Shown: piece after piece, positions 46,100 to 58,823 of the stretch
How positions within the stretch are numbered: the first letter of the stretch is position 1
Layout: each line of letters begins with the position of its first letter
Source of the DNA: Amoebidium appalachense
Lineage: Eukaryota; Protista; Ichthyosporea
Assembly (NCBI GenBank): GCA_963693365.1
Contig: CAVNZM010000011.1
Coordinates: 3,329,098 to 3,393,097 of the forward strand
DNA: 64,000 bases
Reading direction: 5' to 3'
Position numbers and translations under genes: made by a program
The notes under the pieces: model-generated
What the model was told of the DNA's origin: nothing
Seen by the model: only the letters and a program-made list of their open reading frames with translations
Databases searched by the model: none

Positions 46100-48459
46100 G
46101 TTTGAAGAGTGCTGAAAAGGAACACAGAAAGAATGGTTATTTTTTGTGCTTGGCTTGCACCGTCTTTTTTCGTTTCCGCTGTCATAAACTATCGATATCA
46201 CCCTAACACGTACTGACGTGTTGCCGCACGTGCGACGTTTTAACATCTACTCAGGCGTCCCTTTTAAGTAAAAAAAAAAAAAAAAAAAAAAAAGAAAGGA
46301 GACACCGCCTCAGTAGGTGGTAGGATATCACCCCTGTTTTGTTTTACTCACTAAAACTCAAATTCCGGCCACGTCCGACCGTGCCGAGCAGGGTTCGAAG
46401 TTACGAAAAAATTGGAATTTCCGATATTTGAAAACACAGTTCCCAAAATCGTCGTGGCCGAATCGCCCGAGAGCCCCCCCCCCCCCCCCCCGGGGGAAGC
46501 TTCTCATGACTTCGCAGGTCTCATAATACACGGGGCATACACCACCCACACAAGCTGCACACGTACGTACGTGTCTCCCTGTCTTGTAGAATGTTCAACG
46601 GCAGACCCTGACTACAGCGCCAGCCTAGCACATGTACATGTTGTCACACCATGCACATTTATGCACACACGTTCAAGTTGGAGACCAATCCAAGTCACCG
46701 GCCACGGTTCGGGTCAGCGTCCTGGGCTGCTGGGCATGGGGTCTTCCCTTTCAAGTCTTTATGTTTGTATATGTGTCCCGGGTCGCTCCCGGCTGGTGTT
46801 GTTAAAGTGAGCTGTGCTCACTTCCCCACTAGCGTTGCTGCGGCTAGAACCGTGGGATAAGGCGTAACTCAAAATAGTGCCAGTTGGGGTCAATTATCCT
46901 GACGGTGTTTCTACAAAGATGGCCGTGAATCCTGACTTATGAGTGTGCTATAAAGTATTGTAGGCGGAAGACGGTAAGCTCCCCTAGGCAGTGCCTCGCC
47001 ATGGAGTGAAACGGGATAAAATAAAAAATAAAATAAAAAAGATAATTCTTTTAACGGTACTTCGATACGGTTCCATGTGCACATGGAGTATTTGTCTATT
47101 ACTGCAAAGGCGTGATATCTTGTATCACGATATTGATGGCGGCACCGGCAGATCTAGACATTTTTTGGGGTTGGGGCAAGATCATGTATACTCTGCATGG
47201 CCAGAGCCTGGTCTAGCCAAGGTTGACATCAGGGATGGGAAATGCGGTGGGGGTTTACGCTGTTTACTCGAGGCAAAGAGAACCAGTCTCAGGTATGGGG
47301 GGGGGGGGGTTTGCTCGGAATATCCCCTCAGCGGTATATCATGATCACGTACATAGATGTCGGGTGGTGACTATATATCAGGGTTTACTTTCTCTACGAG
47401 ACACCATAAAGACTACAAGAAGAAATCAATTAGTTGGGGTTCGATTGAAACGAACGACACCGTTGCTTTCCGTGTGGATCCTGCTACCAACACACTCACC
47501 ATTTAAGACTGCACTCCCGTTTCTGTGTGCGGACGGAACAGGACGGGAAGAGCTTCAGGTGGTGTATTCGAGAGTTGTTGCAAGTGCCTGTCCTTTCTTC
47601 GTGGCCAACACATTTTTCACGTTGGTGTGTCGATGTGGGATGAAGCAGTGTTGTGGTGTGCACGTGACCATGTGGATCCGGTGTTGATGTTTGAGTCAAG
47701 TTCTAGTTTAGCTCAGAATTTGTTAATACATTTGACTTGAGTGTCTGAAGTATTCCGGCTGTTCTGTTTGGCCTGTTCTGTTTGGCGAAGTTTTGCACCG
47801 ATGTTATCTATATCCTCTCCCTTGCCTCGAGCTGCGAACTAGCTGGGTGGACAGCACCTACACACACAGTATACTGTACATACATTACAGATACGTAGTA
47901 ATGCGTAGTAATGAGTATACTGTACATACATTACAGATGCGTAGTAATGCGTAGTAATGTATTGTGTATATACACATTTTGTATCAATAAATCTGTACAT
48001 GTTGACGTCGAGTCGCCTGAAGTCTGCCCCCCCCCCCCTTTCCCTCCCTCCCGGCCACGCGATTTACAATATGTAGGCAGGTCGGTGTCGGCCCACTAAA
48101 TAGTCGTATGGGCAGGTGCACTGGATAACATACACAAACACAACACAGACACACCCAGGTTATGCACGGTGAGAGGGCTCTGCGCGTTCACAACATATTG
48201 AACGTTTCTTTCATTGAAAAGGTGGCATTTTATTTGCACACAATCGGGCAAGAAGGAAAAATTACGTCCTGACCAGCAGGCTCTTGAGCACGATGATATC
48301 ACCTAAAGTTCAGAAGTAGCATAACAGATGAAACCAATAAGTACAGCTATATAGGAAATCTTCGCGTATCAAAACATTCGCATATTAACATCTTAAATGG
48401 AGGAGGGAAAAGGCCCCATCCAGACTAAATCGAGCTAAACAGAAGCTACATTAACACGA

Positions 48460-49785
48460 TTACCACTCCCCCTCGTGCTCGAGGTGGCCCTTAACGGCAG
48501 CACCCACATTCTTCACGTCAAGCAGGAAGGTATCGTGCCCATACATGGCATCCAGCTCGTAGTATGTTACGCTAGGGTTTCCGGTCTTCTTTAACACGGT
48601 AGCAATTTCCTTCTGCTGGAAGACGGGGAAGAGAATGTCGCTCTGCACGCCGAGAACAAGTGCTGGTGCCTTAATCCTGGACATACCTTCCTCGAAGGAG
48701 GCATAGCCACGACCAAGGTCGAACGAGTCCATGGCCTTCGAGATATAAAGGAGGGAGTTGGGGTCGTAGCGGGTGGAGAATTTCTCACCCTGGTGGTCCA
48801 AATACGACTCGATAAGGAATTCGGGCCCAAAACCGCGCTTGTGAGGTGCCGTCGTGCCTTTCTCCTTCTTGTTGCTGAACCTCATCTCCCACTCCGGACC
48901 AGACCGGTAGCTAATAGTGCCAATTAGCCGGGCAGTTTTCATACCCTGTGCAGGGAACCGACCCGTGCCGTAAAAGTGGCCATTTTGCCAATTGCTGTCG
49001 TTGACGATTGCTTGGCGCTGGCAGTATCTTAGTGCAATGCTGCTTGGGTGTGACCTGGCAGCCGCAGAAATGCTCACCACACGACCGACCTTTTCAGGGA
49101 ACTGGGCAGCAGCAGAGAGAGACTGCATACCACCAAGAGATGACCCGACGGAGGCGTGCAGTGACTTCACGCCCATGTGGTCCAAAAGAAGAAACTGGGC
49201 ACGCACCATATCGTTGACGGTGATTGAGGGAAAATCGGTGCCGTAGCGCAGGCCCGTAAGGGGGTTGAAAGACGATGGCCCCGTGCTGCCATAGCAAGAG
49301 CCCAATACGTTGCAGCACACAACGAAAAACTTGTTTGTGTCAAGAGCCAAACCAGGCCCAATAAACTTCTCCCACCACCCTGGCAGGGGATTTGTCGAGT
49401 TGCTCGCTGCGTGTGTGTGCGCAGAGAGACCTGTGTGAAGGAGAATGGCGTTTGTGCCGTCTGAGTTCAGCTTGCCCCATGTCTCGAAGCACACGTCAAT
49501 CTCGGGAAGGGATCCACCATTTTCGAGTGAAAAAGGCTTCGAATAACGCCACAGTTGGCTGCCTGGTTGGCGGGAAAACGTGGGCTCGGCAGTGTCATAA
49601 CTGTTATCTTCGTCATCTGACTGCAGCTGTGCTGATCTACTACGTGTGCCTGAAGTGGTAATGGAACGGGCTGACAGAAGTCCGTTCGTGCGTGCATAGG
49701 AGAGAACAGAGGTTGCTCCTACCGCAGCTGTCCTGGCAGCATTAAAGGAGTGTGGGGCGAGCATACGCGCCAGAGAGAGAGCCAT
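48460..49785 (-). CDS. MetX-family alpha/beta-hydrolase acyltransferase, Cys2-like serine O-succinyl/acetyltransferase; intronless, probable mitochondrial presequence
   Basis: 441 aa. HTGLSA, GWWEKFIGPG, GSCYGSTGP, nucleophile GSSLGGMQ, Asp in SDILFP, His in GHDTFL; Arg/Ala/Ser-rich N-terminus; TATATAAA on the minus strand at 49934-49927. Confidence 0.9.
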   Translation of the reverse strand: MALSLARMLAPHSFNAARTAAVGATSVLSYARTNGLLSARSITTSGTRSRSAQLQSDDEDNSYDTAEPTFSRQPGSQLWRYSKPFSLENGGSLPEIDVCFETWGKLNSDGTNAILLHTGLSAHTHAASNSTNPLPGWWEKFIGPGLALDTNKFFVVCCNVLGSCYGSTGPSSFNPLTGLRYGTDFPSITVNDMVRAQFLLLDHMGVKSLHASVGSSLGGMQSLSAAAQFPEKVGRVVSISAAARSHPSSIALRYCQRQAIVNDSNWQNGHFYGTGRFPAQGMKTARLIGTISYRSGPEWEMRFSNKKEKGTTAPHKRGFGPEFLIESYLDHQGEKFSTRYDPNSLLYISKAMDSFDLGRGYASFEEGMSRIKAPALVLGVQSDILFPVFQQKEIATVLKKTGNPSVTYYELDAMYGHDTFLLDVKNVGAAVKGHLEHEGEW

Positions 49786-51082
49786 TATGATATATTTGCC
49801 GCGCTATTTCCGCTTCTAACACCTAGTTATCAATGTTTTGCTATGACTCAAATATCAACTATATTTCGCAGCGAGAGAACTTCAAAGGCCAGAGAATGAA
49901 CTGAATGTGGGAGCATGGATGACGACTTTATATATGGCCCATGGGGTGCTTGTTAACCAATCAAAATGCAGCGAGATGATGCCACGGTGGGTCGAAGTGG
50001 CGACAGAAATAAAAAATCGGGAGTCCAGGATCTATAAACTGTGGCTTTGCCTTAAAAACCCCCATGATTAAGCCATGCTATAACAAGTAATGAATGCGAA
50101 CAAGAATTAAAAAATTAGAAATTCGTGAAAAATAATGTGAGAATAAAAAAGAAATGCTTTGCTAAGTCACAGGCTCCAGCCCGAGGCCTGACGCTCACCG
50201 CCTTTTTGAAAGTAAAATAAGCCAATCATACATAATGGACAGTTCAACTAATTAATTACAATAGTTTTGCTTTCTTTGACCAATCAGGAACAAATAACTC
50301 AGGCGTTACCCAATAAAAGAAACCAGTGGCACACATTTGATAATTATTACAGGTATATTTGTAAACGTTTATTGCCCTCATACTTAAAGCAGATCGTTGA
50401 GAGGGGGAAAAAAAACATTTATTATTCACATACAACGTAAGTCATCTGTCTTTGGAGCTGAGTGGGCCGCTTGCCACCCACACTCATGACACACAGCTGT
50501 GCCTGGGTCACATAACTCACATTCAGATTCGACAGCGTGCATGCAAGTGGCTCACAAGCCCGGTTACACTTCAATGCACAGTGAACTTGAACGCCGGCGG
50601 CCTTTTTGGAAGTTGAAAAGTTGAAGCTGAGCACCAGAGCGTGGGGCGACTTGGCAAACGACTCGAGCCCTGGCTCTCAGTGGTTACACTACTCATTTTT
50701 GACTGTGACTTGTACGGTGTTAGCTAGGCTGAACCAGGTGTATTTACTTGGAGGTACTTGGAGTAAGGGGTTGTTTTAGTACTAGTGGCACGGTGGCGTT
50801 GGAGGATGTGCCCCCACAATCCGATCTTCCGCCCGCCTTACTGGTTTAGGCGGTAGCTGCTTGTAAACTCCTTACCACCAGCTTGGTACTCGACTCTGGC
50901 AAATCTTCTGTGTGAACCTTTCCTTCGATATACCGAAGCAATCTCGAAATTGACATGTAAAATTTTGGGCTGAGGGGTGTGGGTGGGGGGGTCAGTAGGT
51001 GGGTGTGTTACAGCGCGCGCGCGCGCGTGTGTGTTGAGGGGAAGGGGGGGGGAGAGGGGGAGGGGGGAGAGGCTCGGTGCTC

Positions 51083-51155
51083 AGTGGGATCTTGGGAAAC
51101 TATGTGTAGCCAGCTCAGTTGTCATGGCTACACCGTAGTTTCCCAAGATCCCACT
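51083..51155. repeat. 73-nt near-perfect hairpin (30-bp stem, 12-nt loop)
   Basis: AGTGGGATCTTGGGAAACTATGTGTAGCCA pairs with TGGCTACACCGTAGTTTCCCAAGATCCCACT with one bulge and one G-U pair. Confidence 0.85.
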
Positions 51156-52168
51156 CAAGGTTTCAGATTACCACCTCCCCCCCCCCCCCCCCCCCCCCCC
51201 CCCGCCCCAACGGAATCTGGAATCATGCTGAAATCTGAGGTGGTTGTGTATTCCTCCTGGAAGACCCCCCCCCCCCCCCCAATCCCCCCGCCGGAGGGTT
51301 CCCCCCCTCCTCCCCCTGGCACGGACCCCGAATTTCGCACGAGAGAGGGAGCTGCAGCGAAGGCTAACTCCACCGGCTGCCAGCAACATATTCTGAGAGC
51401 TGCTCCACCCAAAGATGCGCATGCACACACACTGACCAGCACAAACACGCACAAAAAACATTCACACTTACAGACAAACAAGTGCAGAGTTTACACAACC
51501 ACACTACCGTGTACAAGGACATACACGTGCACCTACAAACACTCTGGCACGCACACCAAAACAACGCAGACACAAATGCAAACACACAAAAAGAAAGAAA
51601 ATCATTTTTGGCACAAAAACGTAACAGAGAAATAAAAGCGTGCACACACTCACAACACGGCTATATGGAAATGGATACTGTACCCACATCCATGGCCACA
51701 GCACATAGCGCCCCACGCGCATGCACCAAGGGACAGACAAATCACTAAACAGACACACAGGCAGTACGCACACACACACGCGCGCACACTCTCTCTCTCT
51801 TATATACATCATACATAGCCTGGATACGTGCACACACACTTGGCACCTATGTTCTACAACAACTCACCCATCCACGCACGCACACAGGCACGCACACAAC
51901 ACCGCATTCACGTGCAAACATGCCACTATACACATACATCATACACCATAGCCCGGAAACGTGCACACACACCTTGTCAACTATGTCTTTACACCCCCTC
52001 ACCCAACCATCCATGCACGCACACGCGCACGTACACGCCAATATAAAGTAAGGACCGAGGGACGGCAGTTGTCGTTGGATGGAGGGATAAGAGGGAGAAG
52101 TGGGTGGGCGAGTTGGGAACCATGACCACCGTTAGGGGCAAGGGGAGGATCAACGAGGGGGGCTGTAA

Positions 52169-52250
<82 letters not shown>

Positions 52251-54190
52251 CCTCTTTCTCTCTCTCTCACCCTCCCTCCCCCCTCCCCCCCTCCCCCCCT
52301 CTCTCTGTCTGTCACCCCCCCTCCCCCCTTTCCCCCCCTCTCTCTTACCCGCTCCCTCCCTCCCTCCCTCCCTCTCTCTCCACCTCATCTCGTCCTCCGT
52401 CCCCTCCCCCCTCCTTCCCTTGCGCGCTACCCTCCCACCCACCCTCCCTGCCAAGCTCCCCTTTCTCCCTCCCTCCCCCCCCCCCCATTCTTTCTCTTGC
52501 ACTCTCCCTCCGCGCTCCTTTCCTCCCTCCATCACTCTCCGTCCCTCTTACCTCTCCCTCCCTCTTTCTATCTCTATCTCCCCTCCCTTCCCCCTCTGTC
52601 CCATTCCCTTCTCTCCACCGACCCACTTTCCAAATCCAGAGCCCCTTTGTTTTCGCTCAGCCTGTAATCTTTCGGTGACTTGATTGCAGCCAATTTCGCT
52701 TCTCAACTCGGGCCCCTCCAAAGCTGAAGAGTAAGGTCTCCCACGTACACGTACGTACACACAACCATACACACGTATACACACACACGCACACACCTAC
52801 ACACAACAGCCAGGCAGACAGAGTTTGTTCTTAGCTTCAGTTGCGATTGTCACACGCCCAGGCCGCTACCCGCACACCATGCCCGTTACGTACTCGTAGA
52901 CGGGCCCCTACGTGCAAAACCCCACGGGGCCGCGAGTGCCCGTGCGGGGGAAAACGGAGGCTCACTTGACCCCTTCCAGAAGACAACGGAAACGGCTGCA
53001 AATGTGTCAAAAATAGTCGTGTCGACCAATAGATGCATTTGTTTACATTGTGGGACTTCGTCTGATTGGAAAAGTTCCTAGGCCAGATTTCTCCTGAAGT
53101 CCGTTTAGAAAGTTACAGTAGTTTTAGAAAGCTTAGTATGCGTTTTTCAGTTATTTGGTAGAATATTATTGTTAATGATCATTTTTTTAAAACAATAATT
53201 TTGCTACTTGTTGCAGTTGCTTGCATAAACAGTTGTGCAAGCCGCTGGACCAAAGTATTCCAGTCATGCAGTTGTTTTGTCTACATAGCCAAAACCAATA
53301 CCGTGCTAGTATGCATCAAGATGGGTAAATAAATTAGAAAAAGCTACAAAACTGGGACTTTTACTGATAATAAACAATTTCAACCAAATTCACCAAAACC
53401 AGCACAAATTTACTTTTCAAGTAATTGATGTTTTAGCAAACATTATGGCGACTTCTCCTCCGTTTTATGTGACCCAAGAACCTCCTTCTTTATTGTCAGT
53501 TTATATTTCTATGAATTTCTTACACGCCTCATTTTCTTCGCTCATGCGTGATTGGCGAATGACCTTACTGGTGATTGGTTGAGCTCTACCCCATAAGTTC
53601 ATAACCCTCAACCTAATTTTTTTCAAGGTCTTTCAAAACTGTTACGGATCCTATATTCAATTATAGTACGCTTATATACATACTACTTTGTGAAGTGCTA
53701 AAAATAACTAAAACAATCTTTATTGATTACTGTTCATCATAGTATGTGTCGTTTATACTGCAACTACTATGTTTCTTTTGTGTATACTGCAAACTAAAAA
53801 AATAAGCGTCTCAGAAGATATTTTGGCAAATTCGATAGTGAGAGTATGGGGAGACGTGTTCCACGGGCTTCTTGCCACGGCATGCACGGCGCGACACTGA
53901 CAAACACACTCAACACAATCGCCCGGCTCCAACAGTTGGGGTAATTTTTTTTTTGGTTTTTGTTTTTTGTTTTTTACTATGTTCATTTTGTTGTTTGGTT
54001 GATGATGGAAACAGTTGCACTTCTAGCTTAGAATACATGCGAAAGATCAGGGCAGCTAGCAACAAGGCGGGGCGTACTATTGCTGATACGCGCCCTGAGT
54101 TTTTAGCCCTTTCGTTTAGGCCTCTCCTCCCTGTTGTCGCCTCCATTAGCTTGATTCAACGCATCGTCGTGCAAGAAAACCACATCCAAA

Positions 54191-55264
54191 ATGTGTCTGC
54201 AGGTCCAACCCCCAGCCGACTTTATTCGTGTCGCGCGCAGGCCAAAAACCCCTCCACCCGTACTCATAGTTCGGAGGGAGGAGCCACGCAGAGAAGAGCC
54301 AAATCAAACAAACACACAATCACCGACAGTAAACCCAACCGTCCTTGCACCAGTTACACAAAACACAGCAGATGCTCAGACAGAGACAACAAACGTGAGC
54401 ACGCCCGTCCAGATTGTTGTAGAGCCTGCAGCAAAGTCTGAGGATGTGGCCGATGAGAAAGAGGTTGAGCATGAGGAGGAGGATTGCTCTACCAAGGACA
54501 AAAAGAAGACGGTACGGCGGCCCATGAATTCTTTCATGGTCTTTGCACGGTTTCACCGTGCTGCCATCCAAAAGGCACATCCGCACAAAGACAACAAGGC
54601 AATCAGCAAGATTTTGGGCGACACATGGGGAGCAATGGGTGCCGTCGAGAGGCAGAGATACGTCGACATGGCCACCGAGCTGGCCCAGCAGCACAAGAAG
54701 GACCATCCTGACTACAAATTTCGCCGCGTTTTGAGAAAGAAACAAAAGACCCCCGCCCGATCTGCACCCACGCAACAATACGTCTCGCTGCAGCCGTCAA
54801 CACGCCAAGAAGTTCCTTCCGTCCGCTTCGCGCCGTATGGAGCCATCCTACCGGCCCAAAATATCTCCGCCCCCGCCCCTGCTACGTACGGAGCATCACT
54901 CGTTTCTGTGTCGTCTACTGAAGGGTCGAGCTCGGGGTCTGAGCACGAAATGAGACCCCCTCTTGCTCTCGTTTACCCTGCTTCCATGCCTGCCATGACC
55001 AATCCCTCCACCATTAACTCCTTGGGTAATCGTTGGGGCCATGGAAGCGTCACGCCTCCCTCCTCGGTAGGGAGCCCGACTGAGCCGGCCACCAGCAGGG
55101 CGTATTTTTGGGGCTATCACAACTTTGAACCCCCCCTGGCACACAATGCAAGGAATTTTCCATCGACGGGGTCTGCGACAACGCTGGAGACTTCTAGTAG
55201 TGTGTCTGTGCCCGTACAGTGGTACCAACTCTCACCAGAATACATGGGGGAATGTTTCTCATGA
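54191..55264 (+). CDS. Sequence-specific HMG-box transcription factor (SOX/TCF/HBP1/CIC class), intronless
   Basis: 357 aa; VRRPMNSFMVFARFHRAAIQKAHPHKDNKAISKILGDTW...HKKDHPDYKFRR, with low-complexity Ser/Pro/Thr flanks. Confidence 0.9.
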   Translation: MCLQVQPPADFIRVARRPKTPPPVLIVRREEPRREEPNQTNTQSPTVNPTVLAPVTQNTADAQTETTNVSTPVQIVVEPAAKSEDVADEKEVEHEEEDCSTKDKKKTVRRPMNSFMVFARFHRAAIQKAHPHKDNKAISKILGDTWGAMGAVERQRYVDMATELAQQHKKDHPDYKFRRVLRKKQKTPARSAPTQQYVSLQPSTRQEVPSVRFAPYGAILPAQNISAPAPATYGASLVSVSSTEGSSSGSEHEMRPPLALVYPASMPAMTNPSTINSLGNRWGHGSVTPPSSVGSPTEPATSRAYFWGYHNFEPPLAHNARNFPSTGSATTLETSSSVSVPVQWYQLSPEYMGECFS

Positions 55265-55910
55265 AGCGCCCCAGCCCCTTCGGTATCATAGCGAACCGAC
55301 ACAACAGCCAGCAAGAAAGAGTTCGTGCCTGTGGTCGGTTGAAAGCATGTTAAGCTAAAGGGGAAGATGTAGAGAAATGTTTGATGTGGGAAGAATGTTG
55401 TGGGGTCGAAAAAGGATCCCAAGTGAATATGTCCGGCTGGGTCAAAAAGGCATTTATAGTTTTTAGCGATTTGTTGTTGTGCACGTGTCAAGGAACTACT
55501 TTCCCTTTTTAAATAGGAAAAGGAAGATATCTATAGACATACACCAGTGGTGCATGTACCCTACATATAAATATACCGTACTTGGTCTGTCCTCACGAAC
55601 ATATCGAACTCGAACTTACTGAGTGTTGAAACGATGTGATCTCTCTCTCAACTGTTCTGAAGTAAAGTAAACGGTCCCTTTCCCATGAATGCTTGTCTGA
55701 GGAAGGAACATTTGCATGGCCATTAAAAAAGAAGACACACAAAGTTGTCGAGACTTCCCATACTGTACGCACGCGCATGGTCGTGCATATTGGCAACTGT
55801 ATACATACACCAAACTGATCACTCACATGCACTGCCGCCCCATGCATATTCCCCCCCCCCAACCCACCCACCCACCCACCTCCCCCCCCCTCCCCTCCGT
55901 GCCCTTTCAG

Positions 55911-56076
55911 GGCCTTGTTCTGGGGTGTTCACGGAGTTTTGTGTATGCGCCCCGGTGTGTGTGTGTGGTGTGCTTGTATGTCTGTATGTGGGGACACATA
56001 CACATGCACTGCCAGGCCACACGCTTGCACACGGATGCGCTCACACAAAACTCCGTGAACATCCCAGAACAACGCC
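55911..56076. repeat. ~165-nt extended fold-back
   Basis: Arms 55915-55944 and 56043-56072 are near-perfect complements; imperfect pairing continues inward to TGTATGTG-GGGA-CACATACA. Confidence 0.8.
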
Positions 56077-56810
56077 CCACAGTATCGTGGCACACATGTT
56101 TTCCCTCACACTCGATTAAACTAATTGAACCCGTATCTGTCCCGCATTTTTGATTCTGTCTTACAATCCACTCTGTCTGATTTTGCAAAATCAGGCACTT
56201 ACTCCACCCTTACAGAACTTCAAATTTACACTAGTAATTTACGGCTGTGTGTGTGAAACATGCCCACACGGTACCACTAGGGTGGAACCCCCACCCTGCA
56301 ATTTTTGTTTTGGTCATGTGTCTAAAACCATATGGCCACCCATCTACAAAGAAACTCTTTCTGTCCCAAGTTGCCGTGGGAAGAGTGTTTATCAACACCC
56401 TTCCCCCCCCCCCCCCCCCCCCCCACCCCACCCCAAAAAAAAAACGTTTTTTGCGAGAGGGGCATGGCCTCTGGCCCCTTTTTTAGCAGACGGGAGCCCC
56501 GCATTCGGCTGCCAGTATATTTACTAGTACGGTAACTGTTGCAAAGCCTTAATGACAAGAGAGTGTGCCAAGTCGGAAAATGCTATGCTAATGATAATGC
56601 GCCCGGAACAAATCACGACCAAAGTCGTGATTTAGCCAGCCATATAAGGTTTGGCACAGTGCAAAATGATTGGTTTAGACCCTGAAAGCAGCATTTTTGT
56701 GGCAAAATGACGGGGATGTCACAAGCTTTCGGCCGATTGTTGTAATACGTAGTGTCTACATATTGTAAGATCTTCTCAGTTCGTGTTATGTTTTCGTTCA
56801 TTTACTTAGT

Positions 56811-58823
56811 GTGAAAGATGTGTCTCCCGCTGATAATATGGAAGAAAATGTAGAGGACCCCACACCACGTATTAGTAATGCGAAAAGGAGAAAACCCGCT
56901 CGCATTGCTCGTCACTGTTTTTTGGAAAATAATGTCCTATATTATTTTTCTTTGGAGGGGAGAAAGTTGTTTGTTCCCGAGGCTTTATATCACGCATTAT
57001 TAGAGAGTGTGCATGATAAGATGGGCCATTTTGGTGTGCATCGCATGTTAAAAGCGTTGCGCGCGTATTATTGGCCGGGTATGAGTAGGTATGTGCATAG
57101 GTGGGTTCGCGCGTGTGTTGGGTGTCAGGCACGTAATTCTGACCCACACATGAAAGTTAGACCATCCCCACCTCCATCCCTCACTCCTACAAAATTATTC
57201 GACAGAAGAAGTATTGATACAATCGTGCCCTCTAAACCTTCCAAAAATGGGAATACCAAAATTGTCGTTATTATGGACTCGGATATTCCTACGAGATATG
57301 CAGAAGCCTTTGCGGTAACCGATGAAACGGCTGCCACAATTGCACGGCTTATCTTGGATAGATTTTGTTATGTTTATGGCCCACCTAGGTCACTATTGTC
57401 TGACCGCGGGCAAATTTTCTCTTGGAGATAGTGCTAGAGCTGTGTGAAATGTTGAATATCACAAAGTTAAACACAGCCGCCTATCACCCTCAAACTAATG
57501 CCATTAACGCGGAAAGTTCTCACAGACCAATTAATGATGCCATTAGTATGTATGTGAATTTGGATGGGGATGATTGGGACGAATATCTAGCTCCCGTTAT
57601 GTTTGGGTATAGGGTTACTCAACATGCGGCTCCTGAATATTCACCATATTATCTCGTATTCGGGCAACATCCTACACCTTTTCCGGATGTCTCTCGGTTG
57701 CCTCCTGGGGAACCCATGAAGCAACCAGAGTGGACTGCTATAAGGGAAAAAGCGATACGGCAAATTCAGATTGTGCGGCATATGCAAACGAATAAGCCGC
57801 CTGGATATGCTAAGAATAATTCGCACAAATCAGATCAAGTTGCGAAAATTCGCAAATTTTTCAGGGGAGACGGCCAGTGATGATTAGAAATACTTCTGAG
57901 CATCCAGGTAAATTTTCCCCTCGTTGGCACCACGGATTTGAGGTGGTCAAGCAAGTGGGAGAAATAGCTTATGGGGTCAGAAATAAGCAAGATTTAAATG
58001 ATATTCGTATTCTCAGATGTGAATGATATTAATCTAGAAGTGCATCTCTCCCTACGTGGCGCTATGCCTAACAATGATGACCTCCCTGTGACTGGTCAGT
58101 CACATGGTTGGAACATTGTTGCAGATGATCAAGTCGAAATAGAGGCCATTCTAGATATGAAGATAGAACGCCCCGTTTCTTTACGAAACCGGCGTGCTTA
58201 TACCTACACAGAAATATCTGGTCCGCCTTAAAGCTGACCGTGATAATCCTGTGTGGATAGATAAAACACAATTGAGGTCATGTGCAAAATTAATTGCAGA
58301 GTTTGAGTCTAAATTTGATCGGACACAGACCCCTCTTCCCCACGTGCAGGAAGAACAGGATCTGCCCGTATAAAATTTAGCACATGGCTGTGATTGGTTC
58401 GTTAGAAACCATTCCTCACAACACAGATCGTAAGCTGATGCTTATGACTATATGTCGTTTTTTTCACACATATCTCACCCTATCGATATCACTCACTCCT
58501 TGGAGGACGAAGGATCTTAAGGGGGGGGTACTGTGGTGTGATTGCGTCATATGGGGTAAAATACCATCAAATAGTAGCCAATAGGATACGAGCCTGGCGC
58601 TCCATATATAGATGAGGAATTCAATGAGTGCGCCTACGTGTCCTGGAGACACCTTCCCGTACATCAGCCTGCACTCTGTGCTGTGCAGAGAGCCGATAGT
58701 AAAGGGTTAGGGAAACGAGTGAGTTCCCGTTAACCCCCAGTGTTGGTGTCGCGTTGCCTTTTCCCCTATAACTCCGTTCAAAGAACCCACTTCAACACAC
58801 GTATACACACGAGAGACACAACA
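56811..58823 (+). mobile_element. Degenerate Ty3/Gypsy (chromovirus-like) 3' remnant: integrase, chromodomain, polypurine tract and 3' LTR
   Basis: HHCC (HDKMGHFG...CVGC), D-D-E core (SIDTI, LLSDRG, YHPQTNAINAE), KFSPRW motif near 57910, chromodomain-like EIEAILD...W...LIAEFE at 58130-58310, several frameshifts, [13 protein letters not shown] at 58519-58528. Confidence 0.88.
58532..58823 (+). repeat. Probable 3' LTR of the Gypsy element
   Basis: Starts TGTGGTGT just after the PPT and ends ACACAACA (7/8 inverted match); internal CCAAT and TATATA. No second LTR in the window confirms the right end. Confidence 0.6.

Noticed and set aside
46300-48100. Short ORFs, a GGTTCGAA B-box-like word and a ~46-bp duplication near 47870-47960
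   Set aside because: No cloverleaf or protein family recognisable; probably repeat debris.
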